Virus record (IMG/VR): IMGVR_UViG_3300036783_000149
Location: 1 to 44,382 of that record
Source of the DNA: a virus
Lineage: Duplodnaviria > Caudoviricetes
Direction: 5' to 3' (one strand)
DNA: 44,382 nucleotides
Shown here: piece by piece, positions 35,425-44,382 of the stretch
Position numbering within the stretch: position 1 is the stretch's first letter
Layout of the letters: every line of letters starts with the position of its first letter
Notes under the pieces: model-generated
Told to the model about the DNA's origin: nothing
The model's input: only the letters and a program-made list of their open reading frames with translations
Database searches by the model: none
Made by a program: the position numbers and the translations under genes

Positions 35425-35832
35425 TTAATCCCCCCACGGGGCGTTTTTGCATTCCGGCATGTCCCAAACATCTTTGACATTGCGCTTGCGCTTGATCATC
35501 TCACCAAGCTTGTCGGCGTACTCTTCAACTTGTTTGAAGAGAGCCAATTCCGGGACATTGCCTTCGCTGCACTGGTACAAGAGGCACTGAAGTGCCTTCC
35601 AAGCGGCGACCGCATCAACACAATCAGGAACCTTGGAAGGCTCGCTGTATGTGTAGGTGGCCATGTGATCATATTCGATCACTTCACGCGGATACCGCTG
35701 TTGAACAGCTAGGATGTTCATCGCTATTAGCGACAACCCCAGCTTGGTTTGATCTTCATGCGGCATTTGCATCAGCCACAAACCGTATACCGAACGATTG
35801 ATGCAATCGGTACCGACAACAAAAGCAGACAT
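35425..35832 (-). CDS. Conserved early phage protein
   Basis: MSAFVV, N..AV..RY, CL.YQCSE, terminal PW. Confidence 0.75.
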   Translation of the reverse strand: MSAFVVGTDCINRSVYGLWLMQMPHEDQTKLGLSLIAMNILAVQQRYPREVIEYDHMATYTYSEPSKVPDCVDAVAAWKALQCLLYQCSEGNVPELALFKQVEEYADKLGEMIKRKRNVKDVWDMPECKNAPWGD

Positions 35833-36288
35833 TGATCTTACTCCGGGTTAGCAGCATTCTCACAATAAGAACGCTGTACCCTGCCCCACTCTTTAGTGTG
35901 GAGCAGTGTACAGAATTCTAAACTCCCGATGACAGACTGTATGGAAGTTTTCCGGCGGGTTCGTGCCTTAGTTGACCTACTGCCGGCGGAAAACATATGA
36001 GCCTAGTCTGTTTATGAGAGGTATTCTTTTCCTCTTAGCAGGATCGTGTTACGCGGTATTTAAACCTTCGCGGGGAACATTTGTGGCCCACTTCTGCTTT
36101 ATGAGTTTTGCGAGTGTTCTTGCCAGTCTCAGGGCCGCGCAAATGTGACGCGGGAGCCCCCCTTCCTGGGAGTGTTTCACTCTCTCTTGGCCTACTTTTG
36201 GAAACCAGACGCCGTGACCCTAGCGTGTCGCCTAAAAATCTGAACTCTGGGGAAAACCCTCCGGGATGAACTCGATTAGTGTACGGTA

Positions 36289-36320
36289 TAGATGGGGTCT
36301 GGTAGCCCCCTTTGCAAGGG
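36289..36320 (-). promoter_or_regulatory. Putative sigma32 (RpoH)-type promoter heading the early/accessory transcript
   Basis: CCCTTGCA-15 nt-CCCCATCTA, preceded by T-tracts. Confidence 0.5.
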
Positions 36321-36395
36321 TCGGCATGAAAAAAGTTGAAAAAAGTTAGCAAGCTAGATCAAGGGGTTACGGGGCTAGTAGCCCTGTAGGCAGGC

Positions 36396-36423
36396 AAAAA
36401 GAGAGCGGGGTTGCCCCCGCTCT
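36396..36423 (-). terminator. Intrinsic terminator
   Basis: agagcgggg/ccccgctct stem plus U-tract on minus strand. Confidence 0.8.
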
Positions 36424-36449
36424 GTCTACCTCTCCCGGCTGGATCGAGC

Positions 36450-36704
36450 CTATTCGCAGCAAGCTTCGGCTAGCTGCTGCGCTTTCTGCTGCAACTCCTG
36501 TGCAAACTGCTGCACCTGCTGTTGATTGGAGGCGGACTGCTGAATCCGCTGGGCGATCAAGGTGATTGCCTGCCTGATATTCTGGCTGGGATCGCCGCCG
36601 CCACTGCCACTGGATTGTTGTTTAAGCTGTTGTAAAATCTGATCGACTTGACCGCTGCCACCTTGGCCTTGTTGTTGCCCGCCAGTCTGTTGGGTATTCG
36701 CCAT
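36450..36704 (-). CDS. Gln/Gly-rich low-complexity small protein
   Basis: MANTQQTGGQQQGQGG...; GGAAGGA RBS; followed by terminator. Confidence 0.65.
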   Translation of the reverse strand: MANTQQTGGQQQGQGGSGQVDQILQQLKQQSSGSGGGDPSQNIRQAITLIAQRIQQSASNQQQVQQFAQELQQKAQQLAEACCE

Positions 36705-36802
36705 AATATGAGTCCTTCCCGTGAGGCGAGATGCCTCATATTTCCAACCGGGAAATAGGATGAATGTTCCATAGCTCATTGGCTGAACTGGAGGAAGCAT
36801 AT

Positions 36803-38356
36803 TCAACTTAAGATCGAGGAAGGGTCTTTGACCATCGCCTCAAACAAGTTTGTTGCAGCCGTGTGAAATAACAAGATTTTACTATCCACCGAATCCTTCA
36901 TCACCAGATCATAGATAAAGCACTTGTTCTTTTGTCCTTGCCGCCATATTCTGCGCTCGCACTGGTCGCGGTCAATAGCGCCAACCGGTGACTCATAGAA
37001 GAAACAATAACTCGCGGCTTGTAGGTTAAGACCATAACCGCCCTTCTTCCATGACACCACTAGAATGTTGGAGTCTGGATCACTGTTGAACTTGTTCTTT
37101 ACCCGGTCCCAATCCTTGGTGCTGGCATTCAACTGACCAAATGGCAGTTTGGCTTTCTTTAATGCTTTGGCGATTTGCTCACCGGACCACATGAATTCAT
37201 GAAACACCACCGCTTTGCGATCTGGTGGTAATTCTTGTAGTAGTTCCACTAATAGGTCGAGCTTGGGATTTACCGGGAACTCTATTTCGCTTTTCTCACC
37301 TAATTCATCATCGATCACCCCAACATACCCGGATGATATCTGCCGCATTCGCAGGAATGCATTCTGCATCAACCGGACATCTTTCTTAGCATCGATGATG
37401 TCCTGTACGCATTTCTTGTAGTACACGGCTGTGTCAGAGGGGAAGTGACATTGCTTTCGTACCTTGACCATCTCTGGTAGGTCGGTCACCTCATCGACAC
37501 TGAAATAAATAGAGCGATTGGATAAGAACTTCTGGAAGTCCTCTTCGCGTCTTTTGTTGAAGGTGTATTCCATACCACCGAAGTATCCCTTCTTAGAACG
37601 AAAGAACACCTCGCGGAATAGTCCTAGTGTTGGTCCAAATGATTGTCCTTTGTCTACAAGGTAGAATTGTGGCCATACTACCATAGGATCGCGCCCGAAT
37701 AATCTTCCGGCTAGGGCATAGCGCACTGAGGCATTTCCCATAGCGGCGCGACATACTTTAAAGGCGAGACTCTGATGATTGCCTACTCTAGTGCTTTCAT
37801 CGATCACAAAGGCATCAAACTTCTTCCGCATATACTCGATATGCTCGGGTACCGGTGTATATTGTCTCTTGGCACTACCGCGCCGGGGTACAAGCTGGCT
37901 GACCATTGTACTAAAGCCGGTATGCGTGGCAACCGCAATCCCCTGCTCCAGTTCTAGGAGTAGTTCCCACTTCTCCTGACCACTGCCGAGTAATAGGGTA
38001 TAGGGGATTTCGATATCCCACTTAATTATCTCATCTTTCCAACCTTCAACAACGGTATCGGCATTGGCGAGGATTAGTGCGGTGTTAGTGCGCCCTGACT
38101 GTATACGCCATTTCAGTAGCTCTAGGGTCAGGCGAGTCTTACCAGTTCCCATATCATAGTGAAACAGGTAATAAGGAAATGCCACGCCAAGGATGAATCC
38201 TACCTTCTGGGCGCGGTTTAAGGGTTCGTTGAAGATTGGTGCCGGCTTGATCGATGCCAGCATGTCATCGAGTTCGTTATCGGGGAGTGCCTTCAACCAA
38301 TTGAAGTTCTCGGCTGGTCGCGCAAGGTACTCATCTATGGAGCGGGCTGCTATCAC
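36803..38356 (-). CDS. SNF2-like helicase
   Basis: DMGTGKT, IDES, LRMRQISSG, GLNLQ, QCERRIWRQGQ. Confidence 0.88.
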   Translation of the reverse strand: MIAARSIDEYLARPAENFNWLKALPDNELDDMLASIKPAPIFNEPLNRAQKVGFILGVAFPYYLFHYDMGTGKTRLTLELLKWRIQSGRTNTALILANADTVVEGWKDEIIKWDIEIPYTLLLGSGQEKWELLLELEQGIAVATHTGFSTMVSQLVPRRGSAKRQYTPVPEHIEYMRKKFDAFVIDESTRVGNHQSLAFKVCRAAMGNASVRYALAGRLFGRDPMVVWPQFYLVDKGQSFGPTLGLFREVFFRSKKGYFGGMEYTFNKRREEDFQKFLSNRSIYFSVDEVTDLPEMVKVRKQCHFPSDTAVYYKKCVQDIIDAKKDVRLMQNAFLRMRQISSGYVGVIDDELGEKSEIEFPVNPKLDLLVELLQELPPDRKAVVFHEFMWSGEQIAKALKKAKLPFGQLNASTKDWDRVKNKFNSDPDSNILVVSWKKGGYGLNLQAASYCFFYESPVGAIDRDQCERRIWRQGQKNKCFIYDLVMKDSVDSKILLFHTAATNLFEAMVKDPSSILS

Positions 38357-38586
38357 TACTTCAATGTCTCCAATGTTTCAGCACGGTCATACTTCACTAG
38401 ACGTACCACATGACCGCTGCTCTTCTTGTGTAGTTCGGCAAGGCCACGGAAATTCTCTACTATCTCGCGGCGGCGGTGCTGTAGATTACCACCCATTCCC
38501 AGCATTGGAATATAGGTATAGATAACGCCTTCACCGCCTTGTGGATCAATCTCGGTCCAAGCATAAATATGATCCATTGTTTTCAT
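38356..38586 (-). CDS. Hypothetical protein
   Basis: Coupled ORF. Confidence 0.6.
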   Translation of the reverse strand: MKTMDHIYAWTEIDPQGGEGVIYTYIPMLGMGGNLQHRRREIVENFRGLAELHKKSSGHVVRLVKYDRAETLETLK

Positions 38587-38901
38587 CTAACTATCCGTCA
38601 TTGGTAAGAACACGATTTCGATCCGGTATTCCTCGGGTAATGGTCGAGATATATGATCGAATGTCCTATAATAGTTCGGTGTCTCACAAGGCCGCAAGTA
38701 ATATTTCATGGCCTCATCCTTATTGGTAAACACTTTGGCTTCGCTGCGCTCATCGGTAACACTTAGGTAGTAGCAATTCTCTAGATCACGGCGCGGATCG
38801 TAATGCACCAGATAGCGACCGGACAGTTCCGGTACTATGGCATTGTCACTGCGGCGTCGCGTGATCTGGAGTACACAAGGTTGTACGTGTCGTGAAATCA
38901 T
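38587..38901 (-). CDS. Hypothetical protein
   Basis: ORF; start uncertain. Confidence 0.55.
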   Translation of the reverse strand: MISRHVQPCVLQITRRRSDNAIVPELSGRYLVHYDPRRDLENCYYLSVTDERSEAKVFTNKDEAMKYYLRPCETPNYYRTFDHISRPLPEEYRIEIVFLPMTDS

Positions 38902-38989
38902 ACCTTATCCAATATCATTTGGAGGAGCACGATACCCCACAACATCATGGCTATGCCGGCTCCAAATAGAAACCCATAAAAGTAGTATA

Positions 38990-39235
38990 TCATTTCTGGG
39001 TTATCTTCTCCAGCATCCCAGCTTTATACATGTTATAGATATCGGCGAAGGTTTGCTTCATCCACCATTCGGAATTGGATAGCGTGTCGAGCCGCAACTG
39101 AAAAATGATCGGCTCTTTCTCAAACTCTTTGACCACTTTGCGGGTTAGCCGCTGGGGTATTTTATCATGGTAGATCGAGGCGTATTCCTCGCCATTGAGG
39201 TTACGTTCCACGACAAAGTATATAGGTTCGGCCAT
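38990..39235 (-). CDS. Hypothetical protein
   Basis: Coupled ORF. Confidence 0.6.
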   Translation of the reverse strand: MAEPIYFVVERNLNGEEYASIYHDKIPQRLTRKVVKEFEKEPIIFQLRLDTLSNSEWWMKQTFADIYNMYKAGMLEKITQK

Positions 39236-39660
39236 TAGTGTATAAACGCCTTCTTAGCTTGACCATCGGCAGCAAACACTTCGATGGCGGGATCATAATG
39301 TGGCCATGCCCGCGTTACTGCAACAGCTAATTCCTGTTTATTGACTGGAATTTTACGGACAGCAAATTCCCTCATGAGATTGGTGATTACGATGTGTATA
39401 TTTTCAGTCGTAAGGTCTGCTCTGAATAATGATATATGCCGACTGCTGGGCAGGATCACCGCTACCAGTTTTGGGATGTCATAGCCATAAGTCAGCTTGA
39501 AATTCGCCCGCATATTATCGACTGCATCATCGATCTGATACATCGTATATGAGGTTAGCTCCTCGCCAATAAACGAACCCATTACTTGCATTAGGTTCTT
39601 TGTGAATTCCAACATCCTTGGATCATCATCGGGGAGTTCGATTTCTGACATAGCTAGCAC
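39235..39660 (-). CDS. Hypothetical protein
   Basis: Coupled ORF after helicase. Confidence 0.65.
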   Translation of the reverse strand: MLAMSEIELPDDDPRMLEFTKNLMQVMGSFIGEELTSYTMYQIDDAVDNMRANFKLTYGYDIPKLVAVILPSSRHISLFRADLTTENIHIVITNLMREFAVRKIPVNKQELAVAVTRAWPHYDPAIEVFAADGQAKKAFIH

Positions 39661-41108
39661 TCCGGTATGGGACCAACAGTGTTAAACAAATTATCGTAGT
39701 TGGGTTTCTTTGGCATTAAGGCTGAGTCAACGCAGAATTGTGAGGCAGAGTAGTTCTGTGAAATTAACACTGAGTACCATTGTTTTTGATTCCTGGCCTT
39801 GGCTACATACAAACGACCAATTCCGAGTTGTTGTTCTTGTTTGGTTTGATTTAGACTGATTACTGTATCTGCTGTAGCGACTTTGCTGATATCCTCTGCG
39901 GCGTGGGATAGCTCTATCAGCTTGGCGTTTTCGCCTTCTCTATTCGATTGGCTTACTACAACTATGGCCATATTTCTTTTTACCGCCAGTCCTCTCAGTT
40001 GTTGATATAATCTACCAATAGCAAGTCGGGGATCATGCCGGTTATCGAGCGCCATTAGGTCTGGGTAATCGAGTAATAACAGGCTTGGTGCAAAGTTGTG
40101 CCGTGATTCTAGGTTCTCTAGGAAAGCTTCCAATTTATCATAGGAAAGGTCGCCCGTGGGGAAGTCTTTAATACGTAACCGAGACATCTGATGATCGTAT
40201 TGCTCGTAGTAGTTCACCTTGGTTTCTAGATACTCTCGTTGCTCCTCTCTTGGTATAAATGTCGCCGGATTATTGATCTGTTCAAATGAGGTGACGTTCC
40301 TGTTATTGTCGCGACTGAATAGAATAATGCCTTGTGTAGTCTCACGCGTAGTTATAGCAAAGCGTCCTTGCATATAACGTTGTGCTACTATTTTGGCACT
40401 GTTTTCTAAGCTAATATGTAGGCATTGCCACTTACCTCGTGCTGCTAAACACTGCCGGCCAACGTGGTGAATAAATTGACTTTTCCCGCGTCCGCGTGGG
40501 GCTATCATTAGAAACAGTTCACCACGCCCTGGATTAATACCTTCACGATCTAGTTCTTCAATTCCAATTGGTAGGCGATCATTATCTTCTTCATTGTCTA
40601 GAAAGGTTAGTGATTTATCTGTTTCGGCGAGCGAGAATCCTAAATCATATCCATTGTATTGGAAGCGTGAAGCAGCAGCTAAGATAGCTTCTACCTTGTC
40701 ATAATCCTCCGGGTTGTCAGATTGACTTAATATGGTACCGGCTTCAAAGATGGCTCGTTTCAAGTTCTGCCGTCTCGAAAATTCTGCTAGTCTTGAACAC
40801 ACGTACTTTGTATTAAGTGTTTGGCTTAACCGCAGCAGCCGGTTAATAATCCGGGTATAGGTATTGTATTTCTGGTGAGTTGGGTTGTTTAATACATTGT
40901 CGAGGACATCATCAATATGCGCCTCTGGCGCTCTGTCCTCTTGTCGCCAATACTCTAGTATCTTGGCGCAAATTTCCCGGTAAGGGTCTTCAAACCAGTT
41001 AATATCTACTAGTCGGGAGATAATCTTTGTGTTACTATCGGTGAAGTATACCAGAGCGGTGATTATGGATTCTTGCAAAGAACCGGCAATTGTAGAATCG
41101 TCTGGCAA
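39654..41108 (-). CDS. DnaB-like replicative helicase
   Basis: APRGRGKS, ISLEN, LDYPDLM, SQSNR, EDISK, K.RN. Confidence 0.9.
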   Translation of the reverse strand: MPDDSTIAGSLQESIITALVYFTDSNTKIISRLVDINWFEDPYREICAKILEYWRQEDRAPEAHIDDVLDNVLNNPTHQKYNTYTRIINRLLRLSQTLNTKYVCSRLAEFSRRQNLKRAIFEAGTILSQSDNPEDYDKVEAILAAASRFQYNGYDLGFSLAETDKSLTFLDNEEDNDRLPIGIEELDREGINPGRGELFLMIAPRGRGKSQFIHHVGRQCLAARGKWQCLHISLENSAKIVAQRYMQGRFAITTRETTQGIILFSRDNNRNVTSFEQINNPATFIPREEQREYLETKVNYYEQYDHQMSRLRIKDFPTGDLSYDKLEAFLENLESRHNFAPSLLLLDYPDLMALDNRHDPRLAIGRLYQQLRGLAVKRNMAIVVVSQSNREGENAKLIELSHAAEDISKVATADTVISLNQTKQEQQLGIGRLYVAKARNQKQWYSVLISQNYSASQFCVDSALMPKKPNYDNLFNTVGPIPEC

Positions 41109-41136
41109 CTTACTATTCCCCTACTAGGCGTATTCA

Positions 41137-41730
41137 TTACGGTACTTCTGGTATATCATAACCATCGGAGCGCCATCGTCTGATTGGTTTACCTCCGGTA
41201 TTAAACATTCCCTTTTCATCGCCTAGCGTATCCCATCCCGGTTGTTCATAACGGCTGAACAATTCAAGATACGGTCCAGATGCCAACCGTTTGATTCTGG
41301 GATATATCTCATCCGGTTTGCGGCTGTGCTCGCGCCGGGGAGCAACAATGAGCTTAGGGACATCGGCAAAGCGACGGCGGGGATACCCTCGCGTGGCAAG
41401 TAAGCACTGCTCGGGGTTTGCTCTTGTATAGTATCCGGTGCTAATAGGGAAGCTTTTTCCGTCCTTGCTGGTCTTTATCCAATAAAACCCCACGGTCTTA
41501 TAAGTAAAACCCCACCGTTTTATTACAGAGAATGCAGTTTCTAGTTGAGGATCAGTCACCCATAGGAAAAGCATGCAATGGTCATCGGCCATTTCCTCTA
41601 CAGGAAAGGCCATGATTTCTGCCATCGACATGGTATCATACCACGCCTCGGCGGATCGGCCTTTTCCCTTACGTGAGTAGGTGGCAAAGCTCCAGGGTGG
41701 ATCAGCAAGGATCACTTTGTATTTGGTCAT
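41137..41730 (-). CDS. MT-A70 family N6-adenine methyltransferase
   Basis: ADPPW, LFLWVT, WGF.YK, HSRKP, LELF.R. Confidence 0.92.
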   Translation of the reverse strand: MTKYKVILADPPWSFATYSRKGKGRSAEAWYDTMSMAEIMAFPVEEMADDHCMLFLWVTDPQLETAFSVIKRWGFTYKTVGFYWIKTSKDGKSFPISTGYYTRANPEQCLLATRGYPRRRFADVPKLIVAPRREHSRKPDEIYPRIKRLASGPYLELFSRYEQPGWDTLGDEKGMFNTGGKPIRRWRSDGYDIPEVP

Positions 41731-42247
41731 TGACCAGATGCCCCCAGCGAGCTTGTATCTTTGGAACGATTTCTTCGTGTAGTACTTTGTCTAGATCGAT
41801 GCCGAGATGAAAGGCAACTTCCCACAAAGCTATTAGTGAAGTTTCGTAGTAATATTGGATACTGTCTTCGTCTGGGGTTGGGTTATCATCCCAATCTAAT
41901 ATAATGCATTCGGCTATGTGGCCAGTTTGCTTGACGAGATACATAACTTGATAATACAAGTCATGATCACTTTCCTCAAATGAGGGTTTCCCCAGATCGG
42001 GGAAATCAAATGCCATACCAAACAGAATCAGGTAGGCATAAATATCGCCGAGTTCATCACGAAACTTGCTATCAAACTCTGGGTCATTGTCGCCGCGCCA
42101 TTGTTTCTTAGCTAGGTTGGCTAGCTCCCCGACTTCACCACATAATGCGAGTGTTAGGAAACGTTGGTCTTCTATTGTCTTTGGTTTGATGTTTTTGGTA
42201 AGAGCGGTATGGATATTCCAGAGGAATTTATTGACTGGTTCGCTCAT
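41702..42247 (-). CDS. MazG-like nucleotide pyrophosphohydrolase
   Basis: LCGEVGELAN..KK..RGD...ELGD; start MSEP at 42247. Confidence 0.8.
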   Translation of the reverse strand: MSEPVNKFLWNIHTALTKNIKPKTIEDQRFLTLALCGEVGELANLAKKQWRGDNDPEFDSKFRDELGDIYAYLILFGMAFDFPDLGKPSFEESDHDLYYQVMYLVKQTGHIAECIILDWDDNPTPDEDSIQYYYETSLIALWEVAFHLGIDLDKVLHEEIVPKIQARWGHLVNDQIQSDPC

Positions 42248-42743
42248 CTTGGGCTTCCTCGCGACGGGAGGGAAGTATGAACTTAAGCATACCTGACTCC
42301 AGATAGCCAGGGTAGCACTCATTTAATGCGCTCGGCACCTGACCTACATGTCGCAGGAGCGAATCCAGGGAGGGAGGTTCTCCACCCCAGCTTTGTATAT
42401 AGTCTGCTAGAGCCCGCGCTGATAGTATACCAATACCGCGCTGCTCCGATACGGTCATATTGGGGATCGCCTGTTCAAGAAGTTCTCTAATTCTAGAGCA
42501 GGAGGTTTCAAAGCCGGCGAAAGATCGGGATTTTTTAATACGAAAGTTTGGTGGTATACTAGCGCCTAATCCGCGTTCCCGAAGGACTTGTAGTATTCCC
42601 TGTAAAATCCAATCTTCATGCTCTACATTACCTTCCTCTTTATGGCCAATCTGGAACAAAAGTCTTGCTCGCAGATCGACCATCTGTTTCTTAGTTAGTG
42701 TATCGAGCTTGGTAATGAGGTGTTGGTACTCGTCTTCATGCAT
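42228..42743 (-). CDS. Hypothetical protein
   Basis: C-terminal YPGY..SG.L motif. Confidence 0.7.
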   Translation of the reverse strand: MHEDEYQHLITKLDTLTKKQMVDLRARLLFQIGHKEEGNVEHEDWILQGILQVLRERGLGASIPPNFRIKKSRSFAGFETSCSRIRELLEQAIPNMTVSEQRGIGILSARALADYIQSWGGEPPSLDSLLRHVGQVPSALNECYPGYLESGMLKFILPSRREEAQDERTSQ

Positions 42744-42911
42744 ATTACGGCCTCATATACAGGGCGAAGGCCATTCCACAGGCGAATATAGCAATCCCAA
42801 AGAACATGCCGGCGAGTACTATAGGCCAACCGCTTGGCGGTTTCTTATTACGGAGTTCTTCGCTCCGCTTCTGCTCAATCTCTTCTAGTATGTTAGTCCA
42901 GTCGCGCATTA

Positions 42912-43358
42912 TTAGCGACGACCCATTAAGCGGGCGAGCGAAGGAGGTTTAATAAATGACGAAGGTTCTTTGACTGCTGCATGTTGTTGGGGTTTTGCCG
43001 GGATCATATGATTATCGATACTGCTAATGAATGGAAGGTCTTCCGGCTCTTTGGGGATCGGGTTTGTGTATGAGGCTTTTGGCCCTGGCGCACTCGCCTT
43101 GCTGTGGATCGCTTCAGCCTTCTCTCTGCGGACACCGCGTAAAAAATAATACCGGTCCCTTAGTCCGCGAGGCGACCTTTTATTCTCAGGTGGTAAGAGT
43201 GATACTGCCTCATTCAACATTGAAGTTAGTGAAGTGAGGTTTCTTATGTTTATATTGTAGCCTTCGGTACAGCGTAAGATAATGGCGTCTTCCTCGGGTG
43301 TGTATCTCTTAAATGACTCACGTTTTCCACGGCGTGGTGTTGGCATGATATGTATCAC
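42912..43358 (-). CDS. Putative DNA-binding protein (Myb/HTH-like)
   Basis: YTPEEDAII...R.RY; C-terminal IKPPSLARLM. Confidence 0.6.
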   Translation of the reverse strand: MIHIMPTPRRGKRESFKRYTPEEDAIILRCTEGYNINIRNLTSLTSMLNEAVSLLPPENKRSPRGLRDRYYFLRGVRREKAEAIHSKASAPGPKASYTNPIPKEPEDLPFISSIDNHMIPAKPQQHAAVKEPSSFIKPPSLARLMGRR

Positions 43359-43381
43359 CTATTTTAGTATTAAATAAGAGT

Positions 43382-43410
43382 AGTATATACCCTTTGTAGT
43401 TATGCGTCAA
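43382..43410 (-). promoter_or_regulatory. sigma70-type promoter
   Basis: TTGACG-17 nt-TATACT. Confidence 0.75.
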
Positions 43411-44255
43411 GAGGAACTTTCTTTTTTTATTGTGGGAAGGTGGGCGTCCATCAACCTTCTAACCACTCCATTCATAAGTCTTCTAGACCTAGCTAATTGC
43501 CTATCTATAGATAGATTCTTATACCGAAATAAGTTATCTTCATTGGCTTTGAACCAAGCATTAACCTCCTTTCTATCCCAAACGCAGTTTGTAATATTAG
43601 ATATCTTTACTGGTTCAGGAAACGATAGTTTTAGTTTTTGCACATCTGATAAACTCATAGGCAAAGGATTGGTATAACAATAAAAACCCTCAAGCACCTC
43701 TAACTTCTCCATATAATTGGCAAGCCAATCTCTAATTTCCCTCCTAGCTTCCTCGTAATTATAAAGCGGCAGTGTTTCATATACTATATTACCTTTAGCA
43801 TCAAAGGTAGTAATATCCATACCGTTAATAAACTCTCCAGTTCTATGACTCCGATTACTATTGATAATTATTTCCCTAATGGTTTCTAGTTCCAAGTTCC
43901 GAAAATAGAACTCCTCCTTTATACGATCAATCACCTCAACTAGAAATAGTGTGTATTTCATTCTATCTGACAGCATGTCCTTAATATCTTCAAAGGAGAG
44001 GAAATCGCCCTCCTGCCAACCGCCGACAGCTTTGAACATCTCCTCCCACTTAGTAAGATATTTATTCTCTAACATACTATCTATAAATGAGTATGACCAC
44101 GACGATCTGCTTACAGTAGTTCTTACATAGATATGAAACCAATGTGACCTAAGAGTAGTGGCGTACTCATTAGTTTCTAATATCTTGGTTAACCAAGAAG
44201 GACAATAGTTTTTGTCCTCTATTAGTTTAGCTATATCATCAAGATCATATTTCAT
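43407..44255 (-). CDS. AT-rich hypothetical protein
   Basis: 282 aa ORF; visibly lower GC than the rest of the window. Confidence 0.65.
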   Translation of the reverse strand: MKYDLDDIAKLIEDKNYCPSWLTKILETNEYATTLRSHWFHIYVRTTVSRSSWSYSFIDSMLENKYLTKWEEMFKAVGGWQEGDFLSFEDIKDMLSDRMKYTLFLVEVIDRIKEEFYFRNLELETIREIIINSNRSHRTGEFINGMDITTFDAKGNIVYETLPLYNYEEARREIRDWLANYMEKLEVLEGFYCYTNPLPMSLSDVQKLKLSFPEPVKISNITNCVWDRKEVNAWFKANEDNLFRYKNLSIDRQLARSRRLMNGVVRRLMDAHLPTIKKESSS

Positions 44256-44258
44256 TTG

Positions 44259-44286
44259 AAACCCCCTCTCTATAGAGAGGGGGTTT
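44259..44286. repeat. Perfect 28-bp palindrome
   Basis: aaaccccctctcta|tagagagggggttt. Confidence 0.85.
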
Positions 44287-44382
44287 GTAGAGCGATGCAG
44301 GAGAGCATAGAATACTCTCCTTTATCTGATACCCCATGATATTGACCACCAGAAAATATACAAATCTGCCCTTCTACCGGAG

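Noticed and set aside
33312-35712. Long plus-strand ORFs (33312-34085, 34900-35712) and similar antisense ORFs elsewhere
   Set aside because: Shadows of well-supported minus-strand genes, with no recognisable motifs
36035-36352. 105-aa minus-strand ORF
   Set aside because: No RBS, overlaps the predicted promoter, composition not protein-like

Overview
A 44 kb segment of a large dsDNA phage genome, probably infecting an alphaproteobacterium (inferred from gene content). Almost all genes are on the minus strand. It carries a replication/recombination module: SbcC/SbcD-like nuclease pair, Holliday junction resolvase, RecA, SSB, DnaX-like clamp loader, family A DNA polymerase with an N-terminal uracil-DNA glycosylase domain, beta clamp, primase, DnaB-like helicase, two SNF2-type helicases, MT-A70 methyltransferase and MazG. 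An early/accessory region of many small genes includes ArdC. Two systems stand out. (1) A nuclease-less Nop/IS110-like protein (24128-24988) lies between two 36-nt-period dual-repeat arrays, with a 2-unit satellite at 27.3 kb and a single orphan unit at 5.2 kb. This matches a TIGR-Tas (TasA-like) RNA-guided system with dispersed guides. (2) A complete LAGLIDADG homing endonuclease gene (32537-33076, +) is nested antisense and in codon register inside an SNF2 helicase ORF that stays open, with no intein or intron signature. All family assignments come from motif recognition by eye, not database searches.
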